Assembly (NCBI GenBank): GCA_026397315.1
Contig: JAPLVC010000002.1
Span: 59,994-123,993 of the forward strand
Direction of reading: 5' to 3'
Source of the DNA: Candidatus Aenigmatarchaeota archaeon
Lineage (GTDB): Archaea > Aenigmatarchaeota > Aenigmatarchaeia > QMZP01 > QMZT01
Length of the DNA: 64,000 nt
A model generated the notes under the pieces. The model was not told the DNA's origin. It did no database searches and saw only the letters and a program-made list of their open reading frames with translations. Below are positions 19,824 to 29,796 of this stretch, in pieces; the first letter of the stretch is position 1; every line of letters begins with the position of its first letter. The translations under genes and the position numbers were made by a program.

Positions 19824-20837
19824 TTAGAAAAGCATGCCCGTAGCGTGCTCCGCGTTTCCGATGGCCTTGCCGAGCTCCTTTGACGTGATTTTCGTTCCAC
19901 TCGCCTTGTCTTCGAGCTCGATGTCGGCTATGGTGGCCGGATACTCGTTGTAAACGAGCTTGTTAGGTATGACGCCGCGCGACTTCTTGCGGAAAGTCCA
20001 TGAAGAGTGGGCGTAGGAAACGACGGAGAAGCTTATCCTTTCCTGCTCGTTTTCTCCCGTGACCCTGAAAGTCGGCAGCGCTTCTCCGGACCTTTTCACT
20101 TTTATCCTGTCGAACTTGTGCACCTCTTTCCCGTCGAAAAGCGATATGTCCTTTCTTATGGACTTCCCGAGCACCATGTGGTTCGTGTATGTCATGACGG
20201 CCCCGCGGTCGAAATGGAATATGCCCCAGTACCACGGTATGGCCGGAGCGTTGACGAAGACTCTCTGAAAATATGCGGAGCCGTTTATCTTTTCGCCGTT
20301 CACGCTTCCCGTCAGGTCCGCGTGATTGACCTTCATTATCGAATATCCCTTGTTACCTATGAAATTCCTGTTGTGGTAGCATGCCTTTCTGAAGTCGTGG
20401 CTGGCGTTCTCGATAGCGACGAATTCGAATTTATCACCTATTCTGATTACGCTTCTCTTCCCGTTGATGGAGAATGAGGTCGGTGTTCCGGACTCGGATA
20501 TCAGGCCTTTGTCGTTGACCTTTATGTTGCACTGTTCGAGAAGGAAGTTGTGGTGCATCCGCTCGCCGTCGAAATACCACGTGGCAACGGCTCCGTCAAG
20601 GTTCCCCTTGTCAAGCGGCAGTTTCACGCTTATATCGAGATTGTTGCAGTTTATTTTCTTCACGTTCTTGGCGGACCACAGTATCATCAGCTGGCGGGGC
20701 TTGGACGGGTCTTTCGGGTTGTCGAAGAAGAAGAGCCAGAACCACCACCACCACGCCCCTCCGGGCATCCGCTCGTTCTTAATATCGAAGACCCTCTTTT
20801 CCAGATCAACGTGCTTGTCTTTTCTTCCGGCTTTCAT
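19824..20837 (-). CDS. Conserved hypothetical protein, beta-rich (possibly tocopherol-cyclase/AttH-like fold)
   Basis: 337-aa ORF with host codon usage; WWWWFWLFFF and PWYWG motifs; ATGA overlap with nop5; fold guess is tentative. Confidence 0.7.
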   Translation of the reverse strand: MKAGRKDKHVDLEKRVFDIKNERMPGGAWWWWFWLFFFDNPKDPSKPRQLMILWSAKNVKKINCNNLDISVKLPLDKGNLDGAVATWYFDGERMHHNFLLEQCNIKVNDKGLISESGTPTSFSINGKRSVIRIGDKFEFVAIENASHDFRKACYHNRNFIGNKGYSIMKVNHADLTGSVNGEKINGSAYFQRVFVNAPAIPWYWGIFHFDRGAVMTYTNHMVLGKSIRKDISLFDGKEVHKFDRIKVKRSGEALPTFRVTGENEQERISFSVVSYAHSSWTFRKKSRGVIPNKLVYNEYPATIADIELEDKASGTKITSKELGKAIGNAEHATGMLF

Positions 20838-21934
20838 TGGCCTTCATCTCCGCCAGAACCTTTGATGAGCGCTTTGACCTTGTTATCGAGGTCTTCTCCC
20901 ATCTGCCTGCTGTCGTCGCGCTTGGAATAGAAATCCATCTTGGCCGCCAGCGAAAGCTTTGAAGCGATGAGCCTCGCGACCTTGCCCCTGAGATGCTTCG
21001 GCGCCTGCTGTATGAGCGGGTGTCCGAAAAGCACGCCGTATTTGGGCGCCCTGCCCTGCCCCTTGAGATGGCGGAACAGCGCTTTCTCAGCTCCCAGTAG
21101 TTGTATGGTCGAGCTGGGCATCTTGGCTATTTTTTCCAGGCCGCCCGCCTGGGCGACCAGTCTCGCAGCCAGCAAATGCCCGGCTATTACCGAAAGGTTG
21201 GGCATGGTCTCGGCGCAAACGAGCTCGAGATACTTGGACAGTTTTTCCCTGGTCTTCGTCATCTCAAGAACGGACTTGGCAAAAACGGAAGCGATTTGCG
21301 CGTCTTCTTCGTTAAAATTCATGCCTATCGATTTCGCAGCCAAGTTAGCCAGCTGCTCGTCGCTTATTTTGTCTCGCGAGCCGTATTTCTGCACGATTTC
21401 TGCGAATCTCTCGTGCGACTTCATTTCCTTCGATAGCTCGGGGAAGTGCAGGCCGTACCATTCGCGCAGGCGCTCGTAAAGCGAGTTGAGGTCGTTCTCG
21501 AGCTCATCGACTACTCCTATGACCTGAATTATGACCTTGTCCTTGCTGACGGACTTTATCTTCCTGCCGGCGAGGATGACGTTTACCTTGCTCATGAGCA
21601 CGTTTATCTGGGCAGGCGTGACTATCCATTCCGCTTCGGCTGCGAGTTTCCTGAAATCGTCGCTAGCGAGCTTCTTGCCCTTATGGTCCTGCTGCACGAT
21701 TATGTTCAGCCCGTCGATGCGCGCCACCTTGTCCATGACTATCTCAACGAATCCCTTCTTCCTCAGCTCCTCGAGGACGGCGCGCTCCTCGTCTATCAGG
21801 CCGCCCGCGCGCGAGGCGTCAAGCCGCTCGGCTATCGCTTCCGCGTCTTTCGGGAAGAGACGCATGGCTATGACCTTGCCGTGCTCGTCGAACGCGAACA
21901 CGCCTGCAATGTTATGCGCAACGTAGGCTTTCAT
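20834..21934 (-). CDS. nop5: Box C/D RNP scaffold Nop5 (Nop56/58)
   Basis: RLREWYGLHFPEL, PNLS, PSSTIQLLGAEKALF, PKYG. Confidence 0.96.
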   Translation of the reverse strand: MKAYVAHNIAGVFAFDEHGKVIAMRLFPKDAEAIAERLDASRAGGLIDEERAVLEELRKKGFVEIVMDKVARIDGLNIIVQQDHKGKKLASDDFRKLAAEAEWIVTPAQINVLMSKVNVILAGRKIKSVSKDKVIIQVIGVVDELENDLNSLYERLREWYGLHFPELSKEMKSHERFAEIVQKYGSRDKISDEQLANLAAKSIGMNFNEEDAQIASVFAKSVLEMTKTREKLSKYLELVCAETMPNLSVIAGHLLAARLVAQAGGLEKIAKMPSSTIQLLGAEKALFRHLKGQGRAPKYGVLFGHPLIQQAPKHLRGKVARLIASKLSLAAKMDFYSKRDDSRQMGEDLDNKVKALIKGSGGDEGQ

Positions 21935-22005
21935 GAAAATCACTTATAGTATATTTACTGACGTTTTATAAAACCGTTTTTATAAGGGCCGCTCAAATAT
22001 TTATT

Positions 22006-22833
22006 ATGGACATGCAGAAGGCGATACTCGTTCTCATAGTCGTCGTCCTGCTCGGAGGCCTGGCTTTCGAGCTCAAGTACATTGAGGAGGCGCTGGTGGG
22101 GGCGACACTCTCCGTCGAGGAGCAGTGCAACAAGATGTGCTCGCAGAAAGGCGAAGTCGCTTACGTGACCGAGAACACCTGTTACTGCAAGGAGCCCATC
22201 ACCTTTCGCAATCAATGGAGATGCTTCTGGAACGTGACATTCGAGAATGACGATGAGTTCTCGCCAAAGGTCAACACGAGCGCGGTACGCAACATAGCCG
22301 TCAAGTCAGTGGTCAAATATTCCGCTCCGAATGCGCCGGCGACAAAAGTCTTCGGCGTCTACAACGAGGTCTCCAACAGGATCTATTATGTCTCCGACCC
22401 GAGGAAAGACGAATATGTTGCAACTCCAATGGAGACGTGGGATGCGATGGGAGGCGACTGCGACGACTATTCAATCCTGCTCACCAGCATGTATGAGGCG
22501 ATAGGCATGGACGCCAGCATCGTCGAAGTTTACAGGCCGGACAAGGGACACGTTTTCATCATATTGAAGGTGGAGCAGGACCTGGACTCGTTCCTGAAGT
22601 TCTACAAGAACATACTGGAGAGGTATACGCCATACTTCAGCGAGAAGCCGTTCAACTTCGTTGTTTTCGGCGAGAACAGCAAGGAGTGCGAGACGCTCCA
22701 GAAGACGCTCGAGATGGGCAAGAACATCGACTCTTTCTATATCGTCATTGACAGCACGACCGGCGACTATCCCGGCAGCCGCGACGCTTTCGATGGCTAC
22801 GACACTACTACGTTCATAAACACGGGCGAATAG
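22006..22833 (+). CDS. Membrane-anchored transglutaminase-like cysteine protease domain protein
   Basis: N-terminal TM helix; YVSDP, GDCDDYSILL, GHVF and IDST (Cys-His-Asp triad). Confidence 0.8.
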   Translation: MDMQKAILVLIVVVLLGGLAFELKYIEEALVGATLSVEEQCNKMCSQKGEVAYVTENTCYCKEPITFRNQWRCFWNVTFENDDEFSPKVNTSAVRNIAVKSVVKYSAPNAPATKVFGVYNEVSNRIYYVSDPRKDEYVATPMETWDAMGGDCDDYSILLTSMYEAIGMDASIVEVYRPDKGHVFIILKVEQDLDSFLKFYKNILERYTPYFSEKPFNFVVFGENSKECETLQKTLEMGKNIDSFYIVIDSTTGDYPGSRDAFDGYDTTTFINTGE

Positions 22834-22988
22834 TTCGCTAGTTCGCATAACGTTCAATGTAACAAATAGTATATTCATATAAAATTTTAAGCGGCTTTTT
22901 TCTCGCCATAACAAACGGTTAATGTTCAGGAACGGGGGGTGGGTCTGAAAGGGGTGACTGGAAATAGTACAAACGTATGAGTATTCGC

Positions 22989-23840
22989 CTAAAAATTGAA
23001 ATCCGTTGCAATGGAATTGCCGTTGTTCGAGAGCATCCACCAGCCGCGCACTTTGCTATCCTTGATGTAAAATCTGAGTTTTCTCATCTCGTTCTTGACC
23101 GTGTATACGTCCACGTCGAACAGTTCGTCGCTTTCGCTGTAGCCGAATACTCTTCTGACTTCAGCCGCATAAATGGGGGAGTGGTCGCCGTTCATGAGAT
23201 GCTCCGCAACGACGTCTCTCACGTTTTGCAGATAAGCTGGCAGCGAACGGTAATATTTGTCCAGTATTCTCTGCGGCCTTTCCCTTGTCCTGTCGTCTAT
23301 GCCGCTTTGCTCTATAAGATGTGTAATGTCGCCGCTGTGGCCGCAGTCTATGGCCGAGCCGAACGCAAGAAACTGCATGTCCTCCGGCTTGAGGAGGGTT
23401 TTGCTCTTCCTCGTTTCGCGCAGGAGCTTCTGCGCGGTCTTTGGGTCGCTCAGCAGGAGTTTGTAAAGAATGCGGACATCCCCTGTATTACTGTTGACGT
23501 ATTCGCCGCCGTTGTATTTCTTAATCCATGCGTATATGTTTCTCGCGACGTCTTCGGTCACGCCTTCAATGCCGTGCACTTCAGGGTTGGCCGTGGCGAC
23601 GTCGTCGGGGACTGGTCCCTTGAATTCATCGATTGCCCAGACGCTGCCTTTCGGATCCATTTGCACTCTGTTAGATGTAAGCACGCCCAAAAGAATCAAT
23701 GCGGGAATGAAACCTGATTTTCTTTTTGGCGACTCTCCGGTTTCAATTTCCAAGTTCACGACTTTTTTGGCGTCCAACATGTCGGGCGTGTATTTTTCAA
23801 GGGCTGCTTTCCACGGATCCGGTTTGGCATGCTTCCACAT
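22989..23840 (-). CDS. Hypothetical protein (283 aa)
   Basis: Long ORF filling the gap between genes; no recognised motif. Confidence 0.6.
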   Translation of the reverse strand: MWKHAKPDPWKAALEKYTPDMLDAKKVVNLEIETGESPKRKSGFIPALILLGVLTSNRVQMDPKGSVWAIDEFKGPVPDDVATANPEVHGIEGVTEDVARNIYAWIKKYNGGEYVNSNTGDVRILYKLLLSDPKTAQKLLRETRKSKTLLKPEDMQFLAFGSAIDCGHSGDITHLIEQSGIDDRTRERPQRILDKYYRSLPAYLQNVRDVVAEHLMNGDHSPIYAAEVRRVFGYSESDELFDVDVYTVKNEMRKLRFYIKDSKVRGWWMLSNNGNSIATDFNF

Positions 23841-23918
23841 AATATCACAATATGTATATTTGTCACTTGATAGTAAGAATTTATAGAAAGAGGATTTTTA
23901 AAGCCTTTCAGGATGTTT

Positions 23919-24974
23919 TCAGGCCTTCTCGATGTAAAGGAACGCGCGCTCCTTGAACGTTTCCCAGTTGTTGACCAGCGCGCCCGATGATTTCACGTGC
24001 CCGCCGCCCGAGCCTATGCCGTCAGAAGCGAATTTCGCCAGATCGCCGACGTTCACTTTGCCTTCCTGGCAGCGCAGGGATATCTTCCAAAAGTCACCGG
24101 ATTTCTTTCTTATTATGATTATCGCTTCAGGGTGCTTCTCCGCGGTTATGGTCGCTATTATCGACGTGATGTTCATCTTGCTGCGTATCTCGTAGAATAT
24201 GATTTTCTTGTCGGGTACGGTCTCCTTATTCTTCTCGAAATCGTCCACTATTTTCTTGACCTCGCCCTGGACTATTTCATTCCATCGTTTGAGCTCTTCC
24301 GAACTTCTAAGATCGTCGTATTTCTGGCTCCTGACTATGAGATTCAGCGACTTCCCCGCGCCTTCCGCTCCCTTGAGGGTTATAGAAGATGAGATGATAT
24401 CGGACGCGCGGAAAAGCGACTCGCACGGCGGGTCCATCTTCTTCTCATCATACTCTTTCATCATCCACGCGCAGTCCTTCATGCCGTAGTCGCCTATCAG
24501 GCCGATGATGGCAATCCACATCCAGCGGTCGACTTCGAAACCCATGCTCTTGAGCAGTTGGAACATCACGCACGACGCCGGTATGTAGGCGTCGCCATGG
24601 AACATGGGGTTTATGTGCACCAGCGTTTCGCAGTTCATGTCCTTTACGGGAATGTGGTGGTCGAGTATCATCATCTTCATGCCAGCGACGTTCTCCTGAA
24701 GTTTATGGATTTTCTTCCATTCCTGGTCCACGGGTATGTCCAGGAAGACGAGAACGTCGGGCCTTTTTTCAATCAATGACTTGAGAAAATCGTTGTCTAT
24801 GACCGGCCCTTCGCGCGGCAGGGTCTCGAAGCCCGAGAAGAACTTGAGAAACAACGAAGCAGAGCATACGCCGTCGGCGTCCCTGTGGTAAACGAGAATC
24901 TTGCGTCCGCTACCGTCCATCCATGCCTTTATCCTGGCGATGTCGGGTTTGCCTATGATTTTATCTGCCCGCAT
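23919..24974 (-). CDS. DHH/DHHA1 family phosphoesterase (RecJ-like)
   Basis: HRDADG, LDHH, IGD, SLR and GGGH motifs. Confidence 0.92.
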   Translation of the reverse strand: MRADKIIGKPDIARIKAWMDGSGRKILVYHRDADGVCSASLFLKFFSGFETLPREGPVIDNDFLKSLIEKRPDVLVFLDIPVDQEWKKIHKLQENVAGMKMMILDHHIPVKDMNCETLVHINPMFHGDAYIPASCVMFQLLKSMGFEVDRWMWIAIIGLIGDYGMKDCAWMMKEYDEKKMDPPCESLFRASDIISSSITLKGAEGAGKSLNLIVRSQKYDDLRSSEELKRWNEIVQGEVKKIVDDFEKNKETVPDKKIIFYEIRSKMNITSIIATITAEKHPEAIIIIRKKSGDFWKISLRCQEGKVNVGDLAKFASDGIGSGGGHVKSSGALVNNWETFKERAFLYIEKA

Positions 24975-25030
24975 AAAGCATGTTCTAATTTATGATATTT
25001 AAAGGTTTTTCTGCCCTTCAGTCAATCAGT

Positions 25031-25174
25031 TTAAACGTGCGGAAAAAAGTAGACTATCAGGAAAAGTATTATGCCCAGGATGAGCATCGGTATGCCCATC
25101 TTCATGCTCTCGCGGCCGGAGCCGAGTAATAATATGCCCACGACGAAGCCCACGACTATGTATATGACCGCGAA
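25031..25174 (-). other. Start-less 47-codon two-TM reading frame overlapping the ileS 3' end (gene remnant or small membrane protein)
   Basis: FAVIYIVVGFVVGILLLGSGRESMKMGIPMLILGIILFLIVYFFPHV* in the -1 frame, with host-like codons. Confidence 0.5.
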
Positions 25175-28100
25175 CCGGCGCGCTCGAAATAGACCTTGAC
25201 TTTCTTGCCTTCGAACTCGAGCGTGCCCTTTATTCCGACCTTGTGCGGCAGGCCCTTGTGCAGCTTCTGCGCGCCCACTTCCCTGAGAACCATCTCTTTG
25301 CTGCGCTCTAACAACGTCTCGGCCTTGCCTTCCGCTTCGACCCAGAGCTCAATCCTTTCGTTCACGTTCAGGCCTTCCTTCTTCCTCGCCATCTGTATCG
25401 TTCTCATGAGCTCGCGCGCGAAAGCCTTGTCTTCCAGAACGTCGCCCAACGCTAGTTCTCCGTGCTCGAACGCCAGCTTCTCTTTCTGCTCAAGACCCTT
25501 GACGAATACGACCTTCTCGACGTTGGCCATGTTGCGCAGAATCGGGCTCATGTTTTTCAGCGCGCTCTCGGCCGCCTCGCCATTCGCCGCGATTATCAGC
25601 TCTGACACGGGCCACTTCAGCTTTATCTCGGTCTTCTGGCGCAGCGAATTCGCGGCCTCTATCGCCGTCTTCGCGAGAACCATGGAATCTTCGATATCCT
25701 TCTCGACGAGCCCGTCGTCGGCTTTGGGCCACGCGCACAGGTGGACTGAAAGCGGCCTGCCTTTCGAGTAGAACAGCTTCCTGTAAATCTTTTCAGTCAC
25801 GAACGGCGTGACGGGCGCCATTAGCCTGACGAGATTCTCCAGCACGTAAAGCACCGTGAACTGGGCCGTGCGCTTGTCTTCGCCTTCATACCACGGCGAA
25901 AGCCTGTCTCGAATCAGCTTGATGTACCAGCGCGAGAAATCGTTGAGTATGAAATCCTCGAAGTTCTTGCCCACGTAGTGGAGCCTGAAGTTTTCCAGGT
26001 CGTCCGTAGTGGATTTTATGAGCGAGTTGAGGCGCGAGATTATCCACTTGTCCTCCAGAGCGAGGTTCTTGAAATGTATTTTTTCCCCGGTTATCCTGGT
26101 GTCGGCGTAGCTCTCGGCGAACACGCTCGTGTTCCATAGCACGTCGAGCACGCGGCGTAGCTCCTTTGCTATTTTCAGCGAGAATAACTGCGTCTCCCAC
26201 GGGGCGACGGACCAGCAGTAGTAAAGGCGCAGCACGTCGGCTTCGACGGCCTTGAGCGCGTCATCGGCGTAAACGACGTTCCCTAGCGATTTCGACATTT
26301 TCTCCCCTTTCTCGTCCAGCGTCCATCCGGTCATGCTGACCGCGTTGTATGGCTTTTTGTCGAAAGCGCCTACGCCGCAGAACATCAGGGAATAGAACCA
26401 TCCCCTTATCTGGTCCTGCGACTCGCAAATCATGTCAACCGGCCACAACGCTTCGAACGTTTGCTTGTTCTTAAGCGGGTAGCCCAGCGAAGCCCAAGGC
26501 GAAATGCCCGAGTCGAACCAGACGTTCATGGTGTCCGGCACGCGCGTCATGTGCTTGCCGCACTGCGAACATTTGAGATGAATCTTGTCGACCGAGTTCT
26601 TGTGCAGGTCGATTTCTTCATCGACCTTTTCGACCGCCTTCTCCCTCAGCTCCTTGCGCGAGCCGATCACGTCTTTATGGCCGCACGCGTCGCATATCCA
26701 GATGGGCAACGGTATACCCCAGAATCGCTGGACTGAAACTGCCCAGTCGTTCGCGTTCTCGAGCCATTTTTCGAAGCGCTCGCCCGCGAATTCGGGAAGC
26801 CATTTCACGCTCTTGTTTTCCTTGAGCATGCGCTCCTTTATCACGTCGACAGTCAGGAACCACTGCTTGCTGAGCCTGTAAATAAGCGGCGTCTTGCATC
26901 TCCAGCATAACGGATACGAGTGCGTGACCTTCAGCGTTTTAAGCAGCCGGCCACGCTCTTCCAGATATTCTATTATTTTTTTGTCAGCATCCTTTACGAA
27001 CAAACCAGTGAACTCGCCCGTGTCGCTGGTCAGCTTGCCTTCATCATCAACTGGCGACGGTTTTGGCAGCTTGTAATGTTCGCCGACTCGAAAGTCGGTT
27101 TCTCCGTGCCCCGGTGCAGTGTGAACACATCCGCTGCCCGTGTCCATGGTCACGAATTCCTCGACATTCTCGCCGTCATCGGCTTTCATGGCCGTCTTTG
27201 CGAGCAGCTTGCCTGAGACGCCTTTCTTGAAAAGCGGGATTGAAAGTATGACCTGGTGCGCGTTCTCGTTCTTCTTCAATTCGTCCTGCAACGGAATCTG
27301 TATGGCGGGCTCGTATTTCATGCCCGCAAGCGACGAGCCTTTCATCTTCTCCACGATTTCATATTTTTCTATCTCGGCGTCCTTCATCACGTCCTTGAGG
27401 CGCTTTTCGGCGAGAATGAGATACTCGCTTCTCACCTTGACTTTGACATACGTCTCGTCAGGATGGACGGCTATCGCCACGTTCGCCGGCAACGTCCATG
27501 GCGTCGTGGTCCATATGATTATCGAAGTGAACTCCTGGTCAACCAGCGGGAACTTTACGTAAATCGAGAAGTCCGTTATGTCAGTGTAGGAATCCGTCAC
27601 CTCGTAGCCTGAAAGCGTCGTCTCACATCTCGGGCACCAGAACACTGGCTTCTCGCCCTCGACGAGCATGCCTTTCTCCCACATCTTCTTGACAGTCCAC
27701 CATCCGCTTTCGAGATAATAATTCCTGTAGGTCATGTAAGGCTCGAGCCATCCTCGCCACGCGCCCAGCTGCTTGTAGGTGTCCAGCCACACGCTTTTGT
27801 TGCCTTCGGCCATGGCCTTGCACTCGGCTATGAACCTGTCTATGCCTATGCGCTCGGTTATGTCCTTCTTCGACTTCACGCCCAGATTCTTCTCGACGGC
27901 ATGCTCGATCGGCAGGCCGCCACAATCGAAACCGGGCTGCCACCAGCACTGGTGACCCTGCATGGTCTTGAACTTGGAACATATGTCCTTCGTCGTCGTC
28001 GTCTTGACGTGGCCCACGTGCGGCACGCCGTTCACATATGGCGGGCCGTCCAGCAGGTAGTACTTCGTTCGCTTCACGTCGAGCGTCTTCATGTCGAAGT

Positions 28101-28182
28101 TGACTATCTGGTCGGGTATTCTGTTCTCTAGCCAGAACTGCATCACTTCTTCCTGTATTTTGCGCGGGTCGTACCTTTCCAT
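25156..28182 (-). CDS. ileS: Isoleucine--tRNA ligase
   Basis: DGPPY..PHVGH, WTTTPWTLPAN, GCVHTAPGHG, DQIRGWFYSL, KMSKS. Confidence 0.97.
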   Translation of the reverse strand: MERYDPRKIQEEVMQFWLENRIPDQIVNFDMKTLDVKRTKYYLLDGPPYVNGVPHVGHVKTTTTKDICSKFKTMQGHQCWWQPGFDCGGLPIEHAVEKNLGVKSKKDITERIGIDRFIAECKAMAEGNKSVWLDTYKQLGAWRGWLEPYMTYRNYYLESGWWTVKKMWEKGMLVEGEKPVFWCPRCETTLSGYEVTDSYTDITDFSIYVKFPLVDQEFTSIIIWTTTPWTLPANVAIAVHPDETYVKVKVRSEYLILAEKRLKDVMKDAEIEKYEIVEKMKGSSLAGMKYEPAIQIPLQDELKKNENAHQVILSIPLFKKGVSGKLLAKTAMKADDGENVEEFVTMDTGSGCVHTAPGHGETDFRVGEHYKLPKPSPVDDEGKLTSDTGEFTGLFVKDADKKIIEYLEERGRLLKTLKVTHSYPLCWRCKTPLIYRLSKQWFLTVDVIKERMLKENKSVKWLPEFAGERFEKWLENANDWAVSVQRFWGIPLPIWICDACGHKDVIGSRKELREKAVEKVDEEIDLHKNSVDKIHLKCSQCGKHMTRVPDTMNVWFDSGISPWASLGYPLKNKQTFEALWPVDMICESQDQIRGWFYSLMFCGVGAFDKKPYNAVSMTGWTLDEKGEKMSKSLGNVVYADDALKAVEADVLRLYYCWSVAPWETQLFSLKIAKELRRVLDVLWNTSVFAESYADTRITGEKIHFKNLALEDKWIISRLNSLIKSTTDDLENFRLHYVGKNFEDFILNDFSRWYIKLIRDRLSPWYEGEDKRTAQFTVLYVLENLVRLMAPVTPFVTEKIYRKLFYSKGRPLSVHLCAWPKADDGLVEKDIEDSMVLAKTAIEAANSLRQKTEIKLKWPVSELIIAANGEAAESALKNMSPILRNMANVEKVVFVKGLEQKEKLAFEHGELALGDVLEDKAFARELMRTIQMARKKEGLNVNERIELWVEAEGKAETLLERSKEMVLREVGAQKLHKGLPHKVGIKGTLEFEGKKVKVYFERAGSRSYT

Positions 28183-28266
28183 TTTTTCGCCTGTTAAAAG
28201 TTGTATAAACAATATTAATTAATTTGAGAAAACAACGCTAATAAATCTAACTACCAAGAACAAATC

Positions 28267-28488
28267 ATGGAAATGGAGAAAACGGGCGTCATTGTCGCCG
28301 CTCTGGTCATATTCGCCGTCCTTGCGGTAGCGATAACGGCCAACATGACGGGCAACATCATAAGCGACGTGGAAAGCGCCACCAGCCCGGTTATCGGCCT
28401 TATTATCTTGCTGGCGTTCATCGTGGCAGGTTACTTCGTTACGAGAGGCGTTTTGTCAGAGGGCAAATATCACGTAGATGCGCAGTAA
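28267..28488 (+). CDS. Small two-TM membrane protein
   Basis: Two hydrophobic helices flanking MTGNII. Confidence 0.65.
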   Translation: MEMEKTGVIVAALVIFAVLAVAITANMTGNIISDVESATSPVIGLIILLAFIVAGYFVTRGVLSEGKYHVDAQ

Positions 28489-28561
28489 AACCAAAATCAA
28501 AAAAACTGTGCATGCATAATACATTTAAGAAAGTCCGAATAATTGTTAGTCAAGGTGAACT

Positions 28562-28714
28562 ATGAGAGAAGATTTCAGATGCGTTTCCTGCGGCCACACT
28601 TTTGAATACGACTTCAGCAGCGGCAGAGAAAAGGCGTTACACTGCCCCAAATGCAAGCAGCTGTGGAAGATAGAGCAGGGCACGGGCAGCTTCAGGCTGA
28701 GCATGTGGATTTGA
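28562..28714 (+). CDS. Zinc-ribbon micro-protein (50 aa, CxxC...CPxC)
   Basis: MREDFRCVSCGHTFEYDFSSGREKALHCPKCKQLWKIEQGTGSFRLSMWI; AGGTGA SD; not in the ORF track. Confidence 0.8.
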   Translation: MREDFRCVSCGHTFEYDFSSGREKALHCPKCKQLWKIEQGTGSFRLSMWI

Positions 28715-28766
28715 GCACATTTCGAACAAATTCAAATTATTGGCTTTTCGGAATATATCATGCCTA

Positions 28767-29195
28767 TTAGATAACCTTGCTCAGCAGTTTGTATATCTGT
28801 TCCCCTGCTCCTATCGCTACGCCCAAATCTAGCGCGTGAGTCATAATTCTTCCAGTTATATATCCCGGTCGATAACCCTCTTTCTGCTTTAACTCATCTT
28901 TCCATTCATTTTTCACATCTAACAGGTCGAAATTCAGGAAGTTTTTATATAGTTTTCCAAAACCAAATCTCTGAGGTAAACTCATTAGTATCCCGTCAGA
29001 TATTCCTAGTCCGAGTCCTTGCATGAAAATTGGCAACTTTCTCGGTTCACCATATCTACCAGATGTTGCATTGTAAACCTCATTTAAAAATACATGTTCA
29101 TCAGGCTGATCTCCGTTCACTCCCAGTAGATGCTTTTTGGTAAGTTCAACTACAGCATCCATTTCCTCTTTACTCATAATTTTTTTCTCAGTCAT
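28767..29195 (-). CDS. Hypothetical protein, AT-rich
   Basis: GAGGTGA SD before ATG 29195; atypical AT-rich codons. Confidence 0.65.
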   Translation of the reverse strand: MTEKKIMSKEEMDAVVELTKKHLLGVNGDQPDEHVFLNEVYNATSGRYGEPRKLPIFMQGLGLGISDGILMSLPQRFGFGKLYKNFLNFDLLDVKNEWKDELKQKEGYRPGYITGRIMTHALDLGVAIGAGEQIYKLLSKVI

Positions 29196-29209
29196 TTTCA
29201 TCACCTCAC

Positions 29210-29656
29210 TTATACTCTTAATATCCCTGGCCAAAGTTCCTCTGTTACTTTAATGTCATCGCGAAATTCAGGATCATTGTAATATCCCTTTTCTACCAGA
29301 GCTTCTTTTAATTTTTTTGTTAATCCCCGAACAACCTTGCTGCTATCAAGAAATTTGCGAGTGTCTGTTTGGTTGAAAAGACCACTAACTGTTTTTAGAT
29401 ATGAATTTTTTAGACCTGGATAATGCAGAAAATCAGGTTCTTCTACAACTAATTTCAAAACCTCCCTCAACGCATACACTCCGGCAGCAGCCACTTTACC
29501 TGTTGAAAGAGGAGTTTTTGTTGGAACGTCGTATCCCATTCCTGCACGACAAATGATATCGATAAGATCTTGTCCGCTACCTAGGCCATCTTTCTGCAGT
29601 CTCCTCGCAGTTGATCTATATCCATTCATGAATTCCTTTTGATATTGATTCATCAC
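29210..29656 (-). CDS. Hypothetical protein, AT-rich
   Basis: GGGGTGA SD; operon-like with the downstream ORF. Confidence 0.65.
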   Translation of the reverse strand: MMNQYQKEFMNGYRSTARRLQKDGLGSGQDLIDIICRAGMGYDVPTKTPLSTGKVAAAGVYALREVLKLVVEEPDFLHYPGLKNSYLKTVSGLFNQTDTRKFLDSSKVVRGLTKKLKEALVEKGYYNDPEFRDDIKVTEELWPGILRV

Positions 29657-29736
29657 ATCACCCCTATTTCTGAATATTTTTTATTTGTAATTTTTTATCA
29701 CCTAATGATAGTATCGTATTGGGATATAAAAATTTA

Positions 29737-29757
29737 ACCACCTACCATGGTAGTGGT
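29737..29757. promoter_or_regulatory. Palindromic operator-like site between divergent promoters
   Basis: Perfect 12-bp palindrome CTACCATGGTAG (29742-29753) extended by ACCA/TGGT, lying between the two TATA-like boxes. Confidence 0.5.
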
Positions 29758-29796
29758 AAAAATAACATTTAAAAACCCGCTTGGCGATATATTTTT

